DNA from: Nemertoderma westbladi
Lineage: Eukaryota > Animalia > Xenacoelomorpha
Assembly: GCA_032718475.1 (NCBI GenBank)
Contig: JAUCBJ010000915.1
Span: 9,860-73,859 of the forward strand
DNA: 64,000 bases
Direction of reading: 5' to 3'
The translations under genes and the position numbers were made by a program. A model generated the notes under the pieces. It saw only the letters and a program-made list of their open reading frames with translations, was not told where the DNA came from and ran no database searches. Position 1 is the first letter of the stretch. Every line of letters begins with the position of its first letter. Below are positions 36,106 to 50,112 of this stretch, in pieces.

Positions 36106-37554
36106 CGGGGAATCGTAATTGCCAATTGCCAAATTATATTTTCCAATTGGCTGCAATATATTTACTGTAAATCTAAAAGGCCATTTTATATAATTTTGAT
36201 ATTTTGATAGAGCCACTGTTAATAAATTTAATGTAATTTAACTGTACAATATGAACTCAATCTGTCTGCCAGTCTATTTCTGCCAATAGACATCAATAAA
36301 ATTAATTTATGAATTTAGGGCCATATTTTATATTTTGATATTATAAAGGGGCCACTGTTAATAAATTTAATATAATTAACTGTAGATTATGAACTCAATC
36401 TAACATGGGTGTATTTTCCTAGGAAGGCCATTTAATATATTTGTTTTAGGTTTTAGGGCCATTTCATATCTCTGTATTTCTAATTCAGGGCATATTCTAA
36501 GGAAATCTTGATATCGCACTTCACTTGGGATTTCACTTCATGATGGCTGGGCACTTCAGTGGATGTAGACGTATATTTTTTATTATATGATACAATAACT
36601 GTTGTTAACAACGGTGGGACTGGGAAGTATGGGAGGGAGTAACATCGTCCCCGTGTGTGTCTTTTTTGTGTCTCTTTTTACCTTCGATATTTCGTATTTT
36701 ATAATCGTTTTGATGTGACACCTGGCAATGATTATATTAATAATTAAGGTGCATAATACTAGCTCAGGCACATTTTCCATACAAAAACATTCAGTTTTAA
36801 TCTCTGTTAAGAAATTTCAGATTATAACAGACTCAGCATATTATACGATGTTATCGACGCAGATTCCATTTTTGCCAAATCTAAGGCTGCCTGACTGGAT
36901 TGTGAGATGGTTAGAGGGGTCTGGATCAAGCCTTTGCACGCCGGATAGAAATAATTATAGAACATAAGGGAACACACGAGAACACAGTTAGAACATAATT
37001 AGAATACACCCCGAACATAGGCTAACACATGCACGCATTGCACACATTAATGCACGCCTGTAATATTGTTCTTCCAATGTGACTAAAAAGTGTAGGATTC
37101 CTTATACAAGCAGCTACCTCATTTTGATTGATCTAGGATAAGTGACTACACCTCTTCCGTTGATGCATCCATAGGTCTACGTTTCAATTGACGACAAAAA
37201 TTATTAGAGTTATTCTTCAAGGATCTTATAATTCTTAATACATCTCCAGATACCTTTTTATCAATTAGAGACAATATTAGGGGTGAGTACAAAATAAAGA
37301 ACCAAGGCCCAATTAAGTAACCTGCATAATCTTGTAAAATGTGTTAACTTTCGTTTATTGTTTTGGTTCCGCCAACACGCTTCTGTAACCTGCTCCTTTA
37401 CTAACTTGCTCCTTTAAATGGCAATGGGACTTAAAGCGACTTTACCTCTTTGTTTTGTACACTCTAGGGTCTTTGGTCTTAACATTAAAACTATAATTAT
37501 TGCTAGCCCTAAAATTAGTTAGAATTAAAACCCAATAGCGCTCAAGGTCTACAT

Positions 37555-40320
37555 TAGGGTGTTACAAAAATCACTTTTTTGCCCCAATTGCTTGGAAACT
37601 TCGACATGTTTTGCCATTTTAATGTAGAAGTACAATGCAAAAAACCGTTTTGAAAAATATTTAGTGGAAGAGGTGTCACACGAGTCACAAAATCTGAGAA
37701 ATTTAACAAAATATAGCAGTTTTAATTTACCGATAAATCTAGCGAGAGATGATTGCAATGATCTGAAACTCATGTTATGTAATGCATTTATCATGGGCTT
37801 TCCAATAACGTTTTTGGCATTGTGAAATTGACAAGATCAGATGTGTCACATTGAGTTTGAAAAATTGAATTTTTTTAAAAAATATAAGAAATTTAACAAA
37901 ATATAGCAGTTTTAATTTACCGATAAATCTAGCGATAGATGATTGCAATGATCTGAAACTCATGTTATGTAATGCATTTATCATGGGCTTTCCAATAACG
38001 TTTTTGGCAATGTGAAATTGACAAGATCAGATGTGTCACATTGAGTTTGAAAACTTAACTAATTCTATATGGGAATGTGCTGGTCCCCCCTGAGTTAGTT
38101 CAACTATTACTGACCTGGCCATCTTTACATTGCCGCGATACACAGTAACTAACCTGTCATAAGCCCCCTCAGAGGCATTGTCATCACCTATAAACGTACT
38201 TACCAATTCCTTCAGTTGACCTCTCAACTGTTGGTATAAGTAGTTGAATTTCTCAGTCGGTGAGAAATCCTGTTGAGCGACATTAGTCTTGATATAGTTG
38301 ATGAAGGTTCTCCAATGTTTAGATAAACCAGTGAAGTGCGGAGGATGTAATGGTGGAAGACTGTGTCTCGGACTGAACTTAGAAAACTCCACTGTGATTG
38401 AGTTGACCATAGTATTGTCTTCCCTTCCTACCCGTTGATGGACATAAGTTGGAATCGGTTCCAACTGATGAGTAGGATAACTTACCTGTGGACGAGTACG
38501 CGAATTCGTCCCGTGATAGGTTACCTTCTCACTGACTGGTGATCTATAGTCAGTCTCAAACTCTGAGTCTGCCTGAATATTTATAACTGGGCATTCTTGC
38601 CTTGTGGTGGTTTAAACTTGGGATGGTCTTCAGGACGTTGGTACTGTTGTTCCTGTACTCTAAGCTTTTCATTCTCATGTTGAGCTCGTTCTACATTGTC
38701 ATTGACCTCAGGGATATTACACCTAACATGGTCGAACTCCTTATCCACCTGCACTTTGACGTACTGAATTCTTTGCTGCACTTCTTGCACAACACCACAT
38801 ACAGTTTGAACTTGTCCCTGCACCTGATGGACTTGTGACTGAATATGTTGGACTTTACCTTTTTCTATGGATGACTTCATCCCACACCTCCTTATTACCT
38901 TCCCTAATTGCTAAATTTAATTGATACATATGGATGTTGGGCTTACCTGGAGTAGGACTTGGATTAAACCGCTCACTGTCTCGAGCTCCATCCCACTCGG
39001 CTTGATCGCCTTCGTTAATCACAAATCTTTATCGAGACTCTACTTGAGGTCGTATGGGATTCAAGACAAAGAGTGTTACCTGAGGTGTGGTTGGTTCTAA
39101 TTGGTGTCTAGGTTCGGGCTCATGGCAACCTCCGGGGTGACTTACCTGGTTTCCAGGAGTCCCTGCATCCACTGGGTCCACCCAATCCTTGGCAACCAGT
39201 CTATAGATTTATTGCGCATAATGTTGATGTGCTTCTATGGTGTCGGCTCCATGTATCTCGTTGAAGCGCACAATCGATGGTTCAGGCTGCTGATTAGTTC
39301 TTGAGCTCGAGTTCTTGAGCAGTCCGTTGCTGTCGATCCTCCAATTCATAGGCCTTCTGTTGCGGTTTGGCCGCAGCCAACTGTCTTTGTTGTTCTAGAA
39401 TTAATGCCTCCTTGTGTTGTTCCATCTCGAGTTTCTTCCTGGTGATGTCGCGTTGATGAGCCAAATGTTTGTTCTCTTCATTGTCTGCTCACATTGAGTC
39501 GGGCTTACCGACTGCCTTCCAGCCTACCGACTTTAGCAGTCTTCCGACATTGGCAGTTTTCCATCCAAAAATTGGTAGTGGCCTACCGGATCGGTTTAAC
39601 TGTACGAATTTAACAAAATCACCTATTATTAAATTTGTAATTTTAAAATATATGTAATTGTGGAAATGCTGCAATTTAATATTATTGTACTGTTGTTGTT
39701 GTAGTAACACACCTTACTGCCCTACTTCAGTACTTTGTTGCATGGCCTTTATGAATGAAGCAAAACAAAAGGGTCATGGAGTAACTTAGTAGTAGATGAA
39801 GTAGTAGTAGTATAAGTACATAGTACTGGTAAGGAGAGGAACACACTCAGTTTTCATACATTTTGATCTTCAATTTTGAAATTGTAGAAATGATAAATGC
39901 ATTACATAACATGAGTTTCAGATCATTGCAATCATCTATCGCTAGATTTATCGGTAAATTAAAACTGCTATATTTTGTTAAATTTCTTAGATTTTTTAAA
40001 AAAATTCAATTTTTCAAACTCAATGTGACACATCTGATCTTGTCAATTTCACAATGCCAAAAACGTTATTGGAAAGCCCATGATAAATGCATTACATAAC
40101 ATGAGTTTCAGATCATTGCAATCATCTATCGCTAGATTTATCGGTAAATTAAAACTGCTATATTTTGTTAAATTTCTCAGATTTTGTGACTCGTGTGACA
40201 CCTCTTCCACTAAATATTTTTCAAAACGGTTTTTTGCATTGCTACTTCTACATTAAAATGGCAAAACATGTCGAAGTTTCCAAGCAATTGGGGCAAAAAA
40301 GTGATTTTTGTAACACCCTA
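37555..40320. mobile_element. Non-autonomous hAT element with ~430-bp TIRs
   Basis: TAGGGTG...CACCCTA termini; 8-bp TSD GTCTACAT (37547-37554, 40321-40328); empty site aaggtctacatttgtag at ~43205. Confidence 0.92.
38047..39488 (-). pseudogene. Bel/Pao gag fragment (fourth family) inside the hAT element
   Basis: LPPLHPPHFTGLSKHWRTFINYIKTNV..SPTEKFNYLYQQLRG..AYDRLVTVY (DUF1759-like), with upstream coiled-coil pieces in broken frames. Confidence 0.75.
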
Positions 40321-43300
40321 GTCTACATTTGTAGACCAAAAGTAGGTGTTATAATTATTTATGTTGTTATGTTGTTACTCGAACTGGTTTTTGAACAACA
40401 CATTCGTAGCAAGAAATTGATGTATGCAAGCGCATACATCACTGAAACTGATCATTACACATCATCATTAAATAAATTTCCGTATTAAGAAAAAGAAAAT
40501 GTCTTATACGAAGTAGAATCTAAAAATCTCAAATTTGTCTCTCTGGAGAAGCGCCATGCCCCTCTTGAAGCACCCCGTAAAATGAACTCAATCTAACATT
40601 GGTGTATTTTCCTAGGAAGGCCATTTAATATATTTGTTTTAGGTTTTAGGGCCATATCTCCGTATTTCTAATTCAGGGAATATTCTAAGGAAATCTTGAT
40701 ATCACACTTCAATTGGGATTTTGGTGGATATTATTTATTATATAATACAATAACTGCTGTAAACAACGGTATGGGAGGTATGAGGGGAGGGGGTTAACTA
40801 TAATATGCTGAGCCTGATATAATCTGAAATTTACAGGTACAGAGATTATAAATGTACGTTTTTGTATGGAAAATGTGCCTGAGCTAGTATTATGCACCTT
40901 AATTATTACTATAATGATTGCCAGGTTTCACGTCAAAATGATTATAAAATATGAAATATCGAAGGTTTTAAATTTTGTGAAATTTAAAACTGCATATAAA
41001 AAACTTAAAAATCTGCATAGGCCCTATGGATCAGTTTCTCCCAAATGATGCAGCGCAGGTTGTACTATAGTATTGATTTCACAAGTTTCAGCTTAACGTA
41101 TCATAAATAACGAAACTGGAGGAGGATTTCACTTTACTATTATTACTTACTTTTATTATTAACTTATAAGGCAATGGGCAAATGGCAAGGCAAGCAGTAG
41201 AAGCCACCTTTGCCTCACATCTCTGATTGTAATCCCAATTATCCTTCCCCCTGCCTTTTCCGTTTGACTCATGTCTGTCTGCCAGTCTATTTCTGCCAAT
41301 AGACATCAATAAAATTAATTTATGAATTTAGGGCCATATTTTATATTTTGATATTATAAAGGGGCCACTGTTAATAAATTTAATATAATTAACTGTAGAT
41401 TATGAACTCAATCTAACATGGGTGTATTTTCCTAGGAAGGCCATTTAATATATTTGTTTTAGGTTTTAGGGCCATTTCATATCTCTGTATTTCTAATTCA
41501 GGGAATATTCTAAGGAAATCTTGATATCGCACTTCAATTGGGATTTTGGTGGATATTATTTATTATATAATACAATAACTGCTGTAAACAACGGCGAGAG
41601 GTATGAGGGGAGGGGGGTAACTATAATATGCTGACCCTGATATAATTTGAAATTTACAGGTACTATAGTACTGATTTCACAAGTTTCAGCTTAACATATC
41701 ATAAATAATGAAACTGGAAAAGGATTTCACTTTACGACCATAATAATATAATGCCTTTTGAAAGCGGCTTACAAGCCACTTACGAACCGATTATTACTTA
41801 CTTTTAATATTAACTTATAAGGCGATGGGCAAATGGCAAGGCAAGCAGTAGAAGCCACCTTTGCCTCACATCTCTGATTGTAATCCCAATTATCCTTCCC
41901 CCTGTCTTTTCCGTTTGACACATGTCTGTCTGCCAGTCTATTTCTGCCAATAGACATCAATAAAATTAATTTATAAATTTAGGGCCATATTTTATATTTT
42001 GATATTATAAAGGGGCCACTGTTAATAAATTTAAAGTAATTAACTGTAGATTATGAACTCAATCTAACATGGGTGTATTTTCCTGGGAAGGCCATTTAAT
42101 ATATTTGTTTTAGGTTTTAGGGCCATTTCATATCTCTGTATTTCTAATTTAGGGCATATTCTAAGGAAATCTTGATATCGCACTTCACTTGGGATTTCAC
42201 TTCATGATGGATGGGCACTTCAGTGGATGTAGACGTATATTTTTTATTATATGATACAATAACTGTTGTTAACAACGGCGGGACTGGGAAGTATGGGGGG
42301 GAGTAACATCGTCCCCGTGTGTGTCTTTTTTGTGTCTCTTTTTACCTTCGATATTTCGTATTTTATAATCGTTTTGATGTGACACCTGGCAATGATTATA
42401 TTAATAATTAAGGTGCATACTACTAGCTCAGGCACATTTTCCATACAAAAACATGCAGTTTTAATCTCTGTTAAGAAATTTCAGATTATAACAGACTCAG
42501 CATATTATACGATGTTATCGACGCAGATTCCATTTTTGCCAAATCTAAGGCTGCCTGACTGGATTGTGAGATGGTTAGAGGGGTCTGGATCAAGCCTTTG
42601 CACGCCGGATAGAAATAATTATAGAACATAAGGGAACACACGAGAACACAGTTAGAACATAATTAGAATACACCCCGAACATGGGCTAACACATGCACGC
42701 ATTGCACACATTAATGCACGCCTGTAATATTGTTCTTCCAATGTGACTAAACAAGTGTAGGATTCCTTATACAAGCAGCTACCTCATTTTGATTGATCTA
42801 GGATAAGTGACTACACCTCTTCCGTTGATGCATCCATAGGTCTACGTTTCAATTGACGACAAAAATTATTAGAGTTATTCTTCAAGGATCTTATAATTCT
42901 TAATACATCTCCAGATACCTTTTTATCAATTAGAGACAATATTAGGGGTGAGTACAAAATAAAGAACCAAGGCCCAATTAAGTAACCTGCATAATCTTGT
43001 AAAATGTGTTAACTTTCGTTTATTGTTTTGGTTCCACCAACACGCTTCTGTAACCTGCTCCTTTACTAACTTGCTCCTTTAAATGGCAATGGGACTTAAA
43101 GCGACTTTACCTCTTTGTTTTGTACAAGGGTCTTTGGTCTTAACATTAAAACTATAATTATTGCTAGCCCTAAAATTAGTTAGAATTAAAACCCAATAGC
43201 GCTCAAGGTCTACATTTGTAGACCAAAAGTAGGTGTTATAATTATTTATGTTGTTATGTTGTTACTCGAACGGGTTTTTGAACAACACATTCGTAGCAAG

Positions 43301-43394
43301 AAATTGATGTATGCAAGCGCATACATCACTGAAACTGATCATTACACATCATCATTAAATAAATTTCCGTATTAAGAAAAAGAAAATGTCTTAT

Positions 43395-44253
43395 GATCAT
43401 TGACTTCTTTATTCCAACATATGGAGCTTAGTAAAATTAATCAATTGAAGCACAAATTTCCGTAAAATAAATAATAATATAATATAAATATTAAAATACT
43501 GTTACTAAACTATAATAAATAAGTCACGGTGGATGGGGAAGTGGTTGGTCTACGCTCATCAGATACAGCGCGCATCTTAATGTAGACAGGTTGGCTGGCA
43601 TTCCGGTGCATTGCAGGTAGTGGGCGGTAGATGTGGCACTATTATTGCACAACCAGCAGACACATTGATCAGTGGGTCTCCAGCAGTTCGAAATTTTACA
43701 AATCCGATGGTGGCAGCCGTTCGCCATTAACTGGGCTGCTGCGCGGCGACGAAAACCGGTTAGGTCCACGAGATTAATTTCCGCGTCATCGCAGTTATCT
43801 ATTGCGTTAAGGATTGCAGTTGACGACGAGTATTTACTGATGCCGCACTAAAGTTTGTAGTAAAATGCTCGCACTCGATGGATGTGTTCCAGCCGCGGAA
43901 CGTTTTCGTTAGACGTAAAAATAGTGCATCCGTATGTTGTCGACGGGTAGATTACAGTTGTCCACAAACGTTTTGCCGTGGCTAACGATATATGATGTAG
44001 ATTTACCTTAGTTGCAATACGAATAGAGCAGGCCACGCCTTTTTTGTATAAGTGCTGGAAGTGAGCTGTGGGACCATTTTTTGTTGCTTGCACTACGCCT
44101 AAGTAGTTGAACGTATTTTGAAACTCCAATAAAGTGCCATTATAATATAATTTATCACCAGAAGCTAAACGGCCACCTCTGCGGAATTTGACTGCCTTAG
44201 TTTTCTTTATATTGACCTTCAGGTCATTGACCCGACAATATTCTGATAATCTG
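43395..44253 (-). mobile_element. 5'-truncated non-LTR retrotransposon (RTE-X/L2-like ORF2 C-terminus)
   Basis: 16-bp TSD AAAGAAAATGTCTTAT (43379-43394, 44254-44269); empty site at ~40492; LSEYC..LKVNIKKTKAVKFRRGGRL..FNYLGV; C-terminal CWLC..HYLQC; AATAAA near the 3' end. Confidence 0.9.
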
Positions 44254-47200
44254 AAAGAAAATGTCTTATACGAAGTAGAATCTAAAAATCTCAAATTTGT
44301 CTCTCTGGAGAAGCGCCATGCCCCTCTTGAAGCACCCCGTAAAATGAACTCAATCTAACATTGGTGTATTTTCCTAGGAAGGCCATTTAATATATTTGTT
44401 TTAGGTTTTAGGGCCATATCTCCGTATTTCTAATTCAGGGAATATTCTAAGGAAATCTTGATATCACACTTCAATTGGGATTTTGGTGGATATTATTTAT
44501 TATATAATACAATAACTGCTGTAAACAACGGTATGGGAGGTATGAGGGGAGGGGTTAACTATAATATGCTGAGCCTGATATAATCTGAAATTTACAGGTA
44601 CAGAGATTATAAATGTACGTTTTTGTATGGAAAATGTGCCTGAGCTAGTATTATGCACCTTAATTATTACTATAATGATTGCCAGGTATCACGTCAAAAT
44701 GATTATAAAATATGAAATATCGAAGGTTTTAAATTTTGTGAAATTTAAAACTGCATATAAAAAACTTAAAATCTGCATAGGCCCTATGGATCAGTTTCTC
44801 CCCAATGATGCAGCGCAGGTTGTATTATAGTATTGATTTCACAAGTTTCAGCTTAACATATCATAAATAACGAAACTGGAGGAGGATTTCACTTTACTAT
44901 TATTACTTACTTTTAATATTAACTTATAAGGCAATGGGCAAATGGCAAGGCAAGCAGTAGAAGCCACCTTTGCCTCACATCTCTGATTGTAATCCCAATT
45001 ATCCTTCCCCCTGCCTTTTCCGTTTGACTCATGTCTGTCTGCCAGTCTATTTCTGCCAATAGACATCAATAAAATTAATTTATGAATTTAGGGCCATATT
45101 TTATATTTTGATATTATAAAGGGGCCACTGTTAATAAATTTAATATAATTAACTGTAGATTATGAACTCAATCTAACATGGGTGTATTTTCCTAGGAAGG
45201 CCATTTAATATATTTGTTTTAGGTTTTAGGGCCATTTCATATCTCTGTATTTCTAATTCAGGGAATATTCTAAGGAAATCTTGATATTGCACTTCAATTG
45301 GGATTTTGGTGGATATTATTTATTATATAATACAATAACTGCTGTAAACAACGGTGAGAGGTATGAGGGGATGGGGGTAACTATAATATGCTGAGCCTGA
45401 TATAATTTGAAATTTACAGGTACTATAGTACTGATTTCACAAGTTTCAGCTTAACATATCATAAATAATGAAACTGGAAAAGGATTTCACTTTACGACCA
45501 TAATAATATAATGCCTTTTGTAAGCGGCTTACAAGCCACTTACGAACCGATTATTACTTACTTTTAATATTAACTTATAAGGCGATGGGCAAATGGCAAG
45601 GCAAGCTGTAGAAGCCACCTTTGCCTCACATCTCTGATTGTAATCCCAATTATCCTTCCCCCTGCCTTTTCCGTTTGACTCATGTCTGTCTGCCAGTCTA
45701 TTTCTGCCAATAGACATCAATAAAATTAATTTATGAATTTAGGGCCATATTTTATATTTTGATATTATAAAGGGGCCACTGTTAATAAATTTAATATAAT
45801 TAACTGTAGATTATGAACTCAATCTAACATGGGTGTATTTTCCTGGGAAGGCCATTTAATATATTTGTTTTAGGTTTTAGGGCCATTTCATATCTCTGTA
45901 TTTCTAATTCAGGGCATATTCTAAGGAAATCTTGATATCGCACTTCACTTGGGATTTCACTTCATGATGGATGGGCACTTCAGTGGATGTAGACGTATAT
46001 TTTTTATTATATGATACAATAACTGTTAACAACAGTGGGACTGGGAAGTATGGGGGGGGGGGGGGGGAGTAACATCGTCCCCGTGTGTGTCTTTTTTGTG
46101 TCTCTTTTTACCTTCGATATTTCGTATTTTATAATCGTTTTGATGTGACACCTGGCAATGATTATATTAATAATTAAGGTGCATAATACTAGCTCAGGCA
46201 CATTTTCCATACAAAAACATGCAGTTTTAATCTCTGTTAAGAAATTTCAGATTATAACAGACTCAGCATATTATTTGATGTTATCGACGCAGATTCCATT
46301 TTTGCCAAATCTAAGGCTGCCTGACTGGATTGTGAGATGGTTAGAGGGGTCTGGATCAAGCCTTTGCACGCCGGATAGAAATAATTATAGAACATAAGGG
46401 AACACACGAGAACACAGTTAGAACATAATTAGAATACACCCCGAACATGGGCTAACACATGCACGCATTGCACACATTAATGCACGCCTGTAATATTGTT
46501 CTTCCAATGTGACTAAACAAGTGTAGGATTCCTTATACAAGCAGCTACCTCATTTAGATTGATCTAGGATAAGTGACTTCACCTCTTCCGTTGATGCATC
46601 CATAGGTCTACGTTTCAATTGACGACAAAAATTATTAGAGTTATTCTTCAAGGATCTTATAATTCTTAATACATCTCCAGATACCTTTTTATCAATTAGA
46701 GACAATATTAGGGGTGAGTACAAAATAAAGAACCAAGGCCCAATTAAGTAACCTGCATAATCTTGTAAAATGTGTTAACTTTCGTTTATTGTTTTGGTTC
46801 TGCCAACACGCTTCTGTAACCTGCTCCTTTACTAACTTGCTCCTTTAAATGGCAATGGGACTTAAAGCGACTTTACCTCTTTGTTTTGTACACTCTAGGG
46901 TCTTTGGTCTTAATATTAAAACTATAATTATTGCTAGAAGCCACCTTTGCCTCACATCTCTGATTGTAATCCCAATTATCCTTCCCCCTGCCTTTTCCGT
47001 TTGACTCATGTCTGTCTGCCAGTCTATTTCTGCCAATAGACATCAATAAAATTAATTTATGAATTTAGGGCCATATTTTATATTTTGATATTATAAAGGG
47101 GCCACTGTTAATAAATTTAATATAATTAACTGTAGATTATGAACTCAATCTAACATGGGTGTATTTTCCTAGGAAGGCCATTTAATATATTTGTTTTAGG

Positions 47201-50112
47201 TTTTAGGGCCATTTCATATCTCTGTATTTCTAATTCAGGGAATATTCTAAGGAAATCTTGATATTGCACTTCAATTGGGATTTTGGTGGATATTATTTAT
47301 TATATAATACAATAACTGCTGTAAACAACGGTGAGAGGTATGAGGGGATGGGGGTAACTATAATATGCTGAGCCTGATATAATTTGAAATTTACAGGTAC
47401 TATAGTACTGATTTCACAAGTTTCAGCTTAACATATCATAAATAATGAAACTGGAAAAGGATTTCACTTTACGACCATAATAATATAATGCCTTTTGTAA
47501 GCGGCTTACAAGCCACTTACGAACCGATTATTACTTACTTTTAATATTAACTTATAAGGCGATGGGCAAATGGCAAGGCAAGCAGTAGAAGCCACCTTTG
47601 CCTCACATCTCTGATTGTAATCCCAATTATCCTTCCCCCTGCCTTTTCCGTTTGACTCATGTCTGTCTGCCAGTCTATTTCTGCCAATAGACATCAATAA
47701 AATTAATTTATGAATTTAGGGCCATATTTTATATTTTGATATTATAAAGGGGCCACTGTTAATAAATTTAATATAATTAACTGTAGATTATGAACTCAAT
47801 CTAACATGGGTGTATTTTCCTGGGAAGGCCATTTAATATATTTGTTTTAGGTTTTAGGGCCATTTCATATCTCTGTATTTCTAATTCAGGGCATATTCTA
47901 AGGAAATCTTGATATCGCACTTCACTTGGGATTTCACTTCATGATGGATGGGCACTTCAGTGGATGTAGACGTATATTTTTTATTATATGATACAATAAC
48001 TGTTAACAACAGTGGGACTGGGAAGTATGGGGGGGGGGGGGGGGGGGAGTAACATCGTCCCCGTGTGTGTCTTTTTTGTGTCTCTTTTTACCTTCGATAT
48101 TTCGTATTTTATAATCGTTTTGATGTGACACCTGGCAATGATTATATTAATAATTAAGGTGCATAATACTAGCTCAGGCACATTTTCCATACAAAAACAT
48201 GCAGTTTTAATCTCTGTTAAGAAATTTCAGATTATAACAGACTCAGCATATTATTTGATGTTATCGACGCAGATTCCATTTTTGCCAAATCTAAGGCTGC
48301 CTGACTGGATTGTGAGATGGTTAGAGGGGACTGGATCAAGCCTTTGCACGCCGGATAGAAATAATTATAGAACATAAGGGAACACACGAGAACACAGTTA
48401 GAACATAATTAGAATACACCCCGAACATGGGCTAACACATGCACGCATTGCACACATTAATGCACGCCTGTAATATTGTTCTTCCAATGTGACTAAACAA
48501 GTGTAGGATTCCTTATACAAGCAGCTACCTCATTTAGATTGATCTAGGATAAGTGACTTCACCTCTTCCGTTGATGCATCAATAGGTCTACGTTTCAATT
48601 GACGACAAAAATTATTAGAGTTATTCTTCAAGGATCTTATAATTCTTAATACATCTCCAGATACCTTTTTATCAATTAGAGACAATATTAGGGGTGAGTA
48701 CAAAATAAAGAACCAAGGCCCAATTAAGTAACCTGCATAATCTTGTAAAATGTGTTAACTTTCGTTTATTGTTTTGGTTCTGCCAACACGCTTCTGTAAC
48801 CTGCTCCTTTACTAACTTGCTCCTTTAAATGGCAATGGGACTTAAAGCGACTTTACCTCTTTGTTTTGTACACTCTAGGGTCTTTGGTCTTAATATTAAA
48901 ACTATAATTATTGCTAGAAGCCACCTTTGCCTCACATCTCTGATTGTAATCCCAATTATCCTTCCCCCTGCCTTTTCCGTTTGACTCATGTCTGTCTGCC
49001 AGTCTATTTCTGCCAATAGACATCAATAAAATTAATTTATGAATTTAGGGCCATATTTTATATTTTGATATTATAAAGGGGCCACTGTTAATAAATTTAA
49101 TATAATTAACTGTAGATTATGAACTCAATCTAACATGGGTGTATTTTCCTAGGAAGGCCATTTAATATATTTGTTTTAGGTTTTAGGGCCATTTCATATC
49201 TCTGTATTTCTAATTCAGGGCATATTCTAAGGAAATCTTGATATCGCACTTCACTTGGGATTTCACTTCATGATGGATGGGCACTTCAGTGGATGTAGAC
49301 GTATATTTTTTTATTATATAATACAATAGTTGTTGTTAACAACGGTGGGACTGGGAAGTATGGGGGGGGGGGGGGGGGGAGAGTAACATCGTGCCCGTGT
49401 GTGTCTGAGTCTGTATTCACAGAAATACTCAATATTCAAATCCCTTAACTTTTCCTAGAATTAACATACGTTTTTAATGACTAAATCTGAAACATTTTGA
49501 AATCTAAAACTATATTTGAAAGTTATTTTTTGTGGTACTAATTATCGTCTGGTGTGTTTAAAAATGGCCAAACCAAATAATTAAAAAAATAGGCCACAAA
49601 ATGGCACTCTGCTGTGGCCAAAAGTGCCTTTTTGTGCAAATGGTATTCTGAACAAGTGTCAACATTTCTGAACAAATTTCAAATCATTCCAGCAAAAATC
49701 GGCGGAGAAATAGCCGATTTCATGACAAAATATAATTCTTAGTTAAAGGTGTTTAATATGTCGCTTCATTTCTAAATTTAATATGTAGTCTGCGAAAATA
49801 ACAATATTACGATCCATCGGTATTGTCTTATTTATTTATAATATCGATCTTACGATTTATATTTTCATTAACTTTTTTTATTTTCTGAATTTATTTACTA
49901 TTTCTCACTGAAAGTGGACATGTTTATTGAATTTTAATAGCAGCAAAATGGCCTACTTTAGACCATGTACTTAAAAGGCCATTGAAAAGGATATGGCCCC
50001 TACAAAACAATGCCCCCTGTCCTAAAGGCCTGTTTACACGTGGCAACTTTTAGAGCAACTTTCTCGGCGACTAGCAATGTGTTTGGAGCAATTTAATTTA
50101 ATCGCTGTTTAA

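Larger units (their letters stand above)
36260..49405 (+). repeat. Complex macro-satellite: modular units of ~2.9, 2.9, 2.0 and 1.3 kb
   Basis: Near-identical modules (tgtctgccagtctatttctgcc.., gaactcaatctaaca.., atgatggatgggcacttcag..) recur, as do the small ORFs MENVPELV.., MIILIIKV.. and MMSIGRNR.. Confidence 0.95.

Noticed and set aside
36583-49016. Recurrent small ORFs (MENVPELV, MIILIIKV, MMSIGRNR, MINALHNM)
   Set aside because: By-products of satellite/TIR repetition, with no recognisable domains.
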